This document shows, one piece after another, positions 62,001 through 64,000 of a stretch of DNA of 64,000 nt (its first letter is position 1; each line of letters opens with the position of its first letter). Under the pieces are notes generated by a model, which saw only the letters and a program-made list of their open reading frames with translations, was not told the origin of the DNA and ran no database searches. This DNA comes from Parasitella parasitica NRRL 2501 (taxonomy: Eukaryota > Fungi > Mucoromycota), in contig MU619264.1 of NCBI GenBank assembly GCA_025201805.1, positions 186,199 to 250,198 on the forward strand, written 5' to 3'. The position numbers and the translations under genes were made by a program.

Positions 62001-63752
62001 TTGAATGCAAACATCATAGTTTTCTATGCTCTCTATAAATTGGGGTACAGAATTTGTGCATTCTACGATGAAATAGTTGCACGGGTGAATCTCGATGATG
62101 TCTTTGATGGCAGTGAATATTTGAAAGTGTAATGAGGACGGTAATCCACTCTGAATGGATGTTGCTATTGCTGCTGTTGGGTATAGAAATGAAGCCACCA
62201 AGCACTGATAAGCTTGGGTATTTTTTACAATTTTATCTAGTTTTCGACGTAGATTGAGTTATGTGCTGTGGCGGGTCTGTTGTGAATTTACTCACCTGTA
62301 GGCCCCTTTGGTTGTGGCGTTGAGAAATCTGCATGCTGATAAGGAAGACCATCTGAAATAGATGGAATTGGACTGATTTTGCCTACAAAGTTCATGTCCA
62401 CTAATTTATTTACAATTTGCNNNNNNNNNNNNNNNNNNNNNNNNNNNNNNNNNNNNNNNNNNNNNNNNNNNNNNNNNNNNNNNNNNNNNNNNNNNNNNNN
62501 NNNNNNNNNNNNNNNNNNNNNNNNNNNNNNNNNNNNNNNNNNNNNNNNNNNNNNNNNNNNNNNNNNNNNNNNNNNNNNNNNNNNNNNNNNNNNNNNNNNN
62601 NNNNNNNNNNNNNNNNNNNNNNNNNNNNNNNNNNNNNNNNNNNNNNNNNNNNNNNNNNNNNNNNNNNNNNNNNNNNNNNNNNNNNNNNNNNNNNNNNNNN
62701 NNNNNNNNNNNNNNNNNNNNNNNNNNNNNNNNNNNNNNNNNNNNNNNNNNNNNNNNNNNNNNNNNNNNNNNNNNNNNNNNNNNNNNNNNNNNNNNNNNNN
62801 NNNNNNNNNNNNNNNNNNNNNNNNNNNNNNNNNNNNNNNNNNNNNNNNNNNNNNNNNNNNNNNNNNNNNNNNNNNNNNNNNNNNNNNNNNNNNNNNNNNN
62901 NNNNNNNNNNNNNNNNNNNNNNNNNNNNNNNNNNNNNNNNNNNNNNNNNNNNNNNNNNNNNNNNNNNNNNNNNNNNNNNNNNNNNNNNNNNNNNNNNNNN
63001 NNNNNNNNNNNNNNNNNNNNNNNNNNNNNNNNNNNNNNNNNNNNNNNNNNNNNNNNNNNNNNNNNNNNNNNNNNNNNNNNNNNNNNNNNNNNNNNNNNNN
63101 AAAAAAAAAAAAAAAAAAAAAAAAAAAGTTATGCACAAATGTCCATGTCAAAATTTGATTACTTACAGGTCCAAATGACACTACTCGAATTGCCCGAATA
63201 ACATTGTACAGGTGTGATTTTGAACGTAGGTTATCCATTAAAGCTAATTTTCTGCTGTGATTAGCTGATTTTCAGCCCTAGTACAATCATCGCATACCTT
63301 GGCTTGCCTTTGATTTACTCTTGTGTTCTGGTACTTTGCGTATGCCGCTAATCAGCTCTTTTGTTAGATGGCTCATAAAAGCACGATTATCTGGAATAGC
63401 TTCAAAGATAAAGGTGTTTCCAAGCTGTTCGTGTGCTTCAATGACAGTAGGCAGAAACTCGAGCAAAAACACTTGAGATTGCTCCTTTTGTTTTGTAGCG
63501 TGTTAATTGTTACCCATAGTGAAAACATTTGTTTTATAATTACTTGGTCATTAGATAGCAAATCGTTGCATCTTGGCCATATGTCGCGTATACGTTCTTG
63601 TTGGTGTTCCTGTCTGTGATTCGAATAAATCAAAAATATCTGGTAACTGCTCAAACTTAGTGCACTTACTTTAGAAGATCCTCTTTTGAAATGGAAGGCT
63701 CTTCTGGCGTCTTATTTATCGTATTTATTCTATCAACCCAAGATCTCCACAT
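53041..63752 (-). CDS. Very large BEACH protein (ConA/LamG-like, PH, BEACH, WD40, FYVE), WDFY3/ALFY/Bph1-like; many exons, interrupted by the gap
   Basis: [85 protein letters not shown], WD repeats, and FYVE CMTCRKAFSVL|ERKNHCKTCGGLFCSNC. Probable start MWRSWVDR at 63752. Confidence 0.93.
62421..63100. other. Assembly gap (680 N) next to a poly(A) run, inside the BEACH gene
   Basis: Run of N followed by an A-tract at 63101-63126. Confidence 1.
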
Positions 63753-64000
63753 GGTAGCTGTTCCAACATAAAAGTAACAAAGAAGAAGAAGAAAGCAATT
63801 AAAATTACAGAAATATCAAGTATAAAAGGGGGTGTTTTGTTAGGTAACACGCAGCCACGACGATCTTCTCCGAAACGCAAAAAGTAATCTGCTAATTTAA
63901 TAAAAGACGTACTGAACATACTGTAACGGTACAGTATATCAAGCTAAATTCCGAAAGAAGAAACAGATGATTTTGGTTACTTTCTATAAACAATTTATAA

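Noticed and set aside
62288-63238. Long ORFs spanning the N-run
   Set aside because: Artefacts of the assembly gap.
63918-63937. Small palindrome ATACTGTA-ACGG-TACAGTAT resembling Tc1 excision footprints
   Set aside because: Too short to distinguish from chance.
1-64000. Search by eye for U12-type introns, selenocysteine or readthrough stops, tRNA/rRNA genes, a TPP riboswitch and CRISPR arrays
   Set aside because: None convincingly seen; RTATCCTT hits (e.g. about 3566 and 26008) are intergenic. A covariance-model scan would be needed to exclude small RNAs.

Overview
This is AT-rich eukaryotic genomic DNA with many short (about 50-80 nt) spliceosomal introns. The gene complement and retroelement style suggest a Mucorales fungus (inference). 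I reconstructed about 21 protein-coding genes by hand across introns: Rsc8/Swi3, two tiny orphan ORFs, NCL1/TRM4, Dma1-like FHA-RING, PRCC, UTP17/WDR75, an OPT transporter, a Pcl-type cyclin, peroxisomal BioF, an RBM33-like RRM protein, an Ecl1-like protein, a DUF7137-like surface protein, IMPase, a choice-of-anchor-A protein with Ser/acidic repeats, a mucin-like membrane protein, a NIPA Mg transporter, an ADF-H+PH protein, HACL1/oxalyl-CoA decarboxylase, an ELM1-like protein and a very large BEACH-WD40-FYVE gene interrupted by an assembly gap. Mobile DNA comprises two 5'-truncated LINE fragments and a 209-bp Tc1/mariner-type MITE with perfect 88-bp arms and a TA target duplication. The best leads are: (1) a secreted protein with tandem casein-like SSSEE clusters plus His- and Asp/Glu-rich ends, a possible mineral-binding surface protein; (2) an apparent fungal RBM33 homolog; (3) a plant/alphaproteobacterial-type ELM1 homolog; (4) two predicted GC-AG introns with the same donor and two microexons; (5) a perfect RFX X-box with two weaker neighbours. 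All family calls come from motif recognition only; no searches were run.
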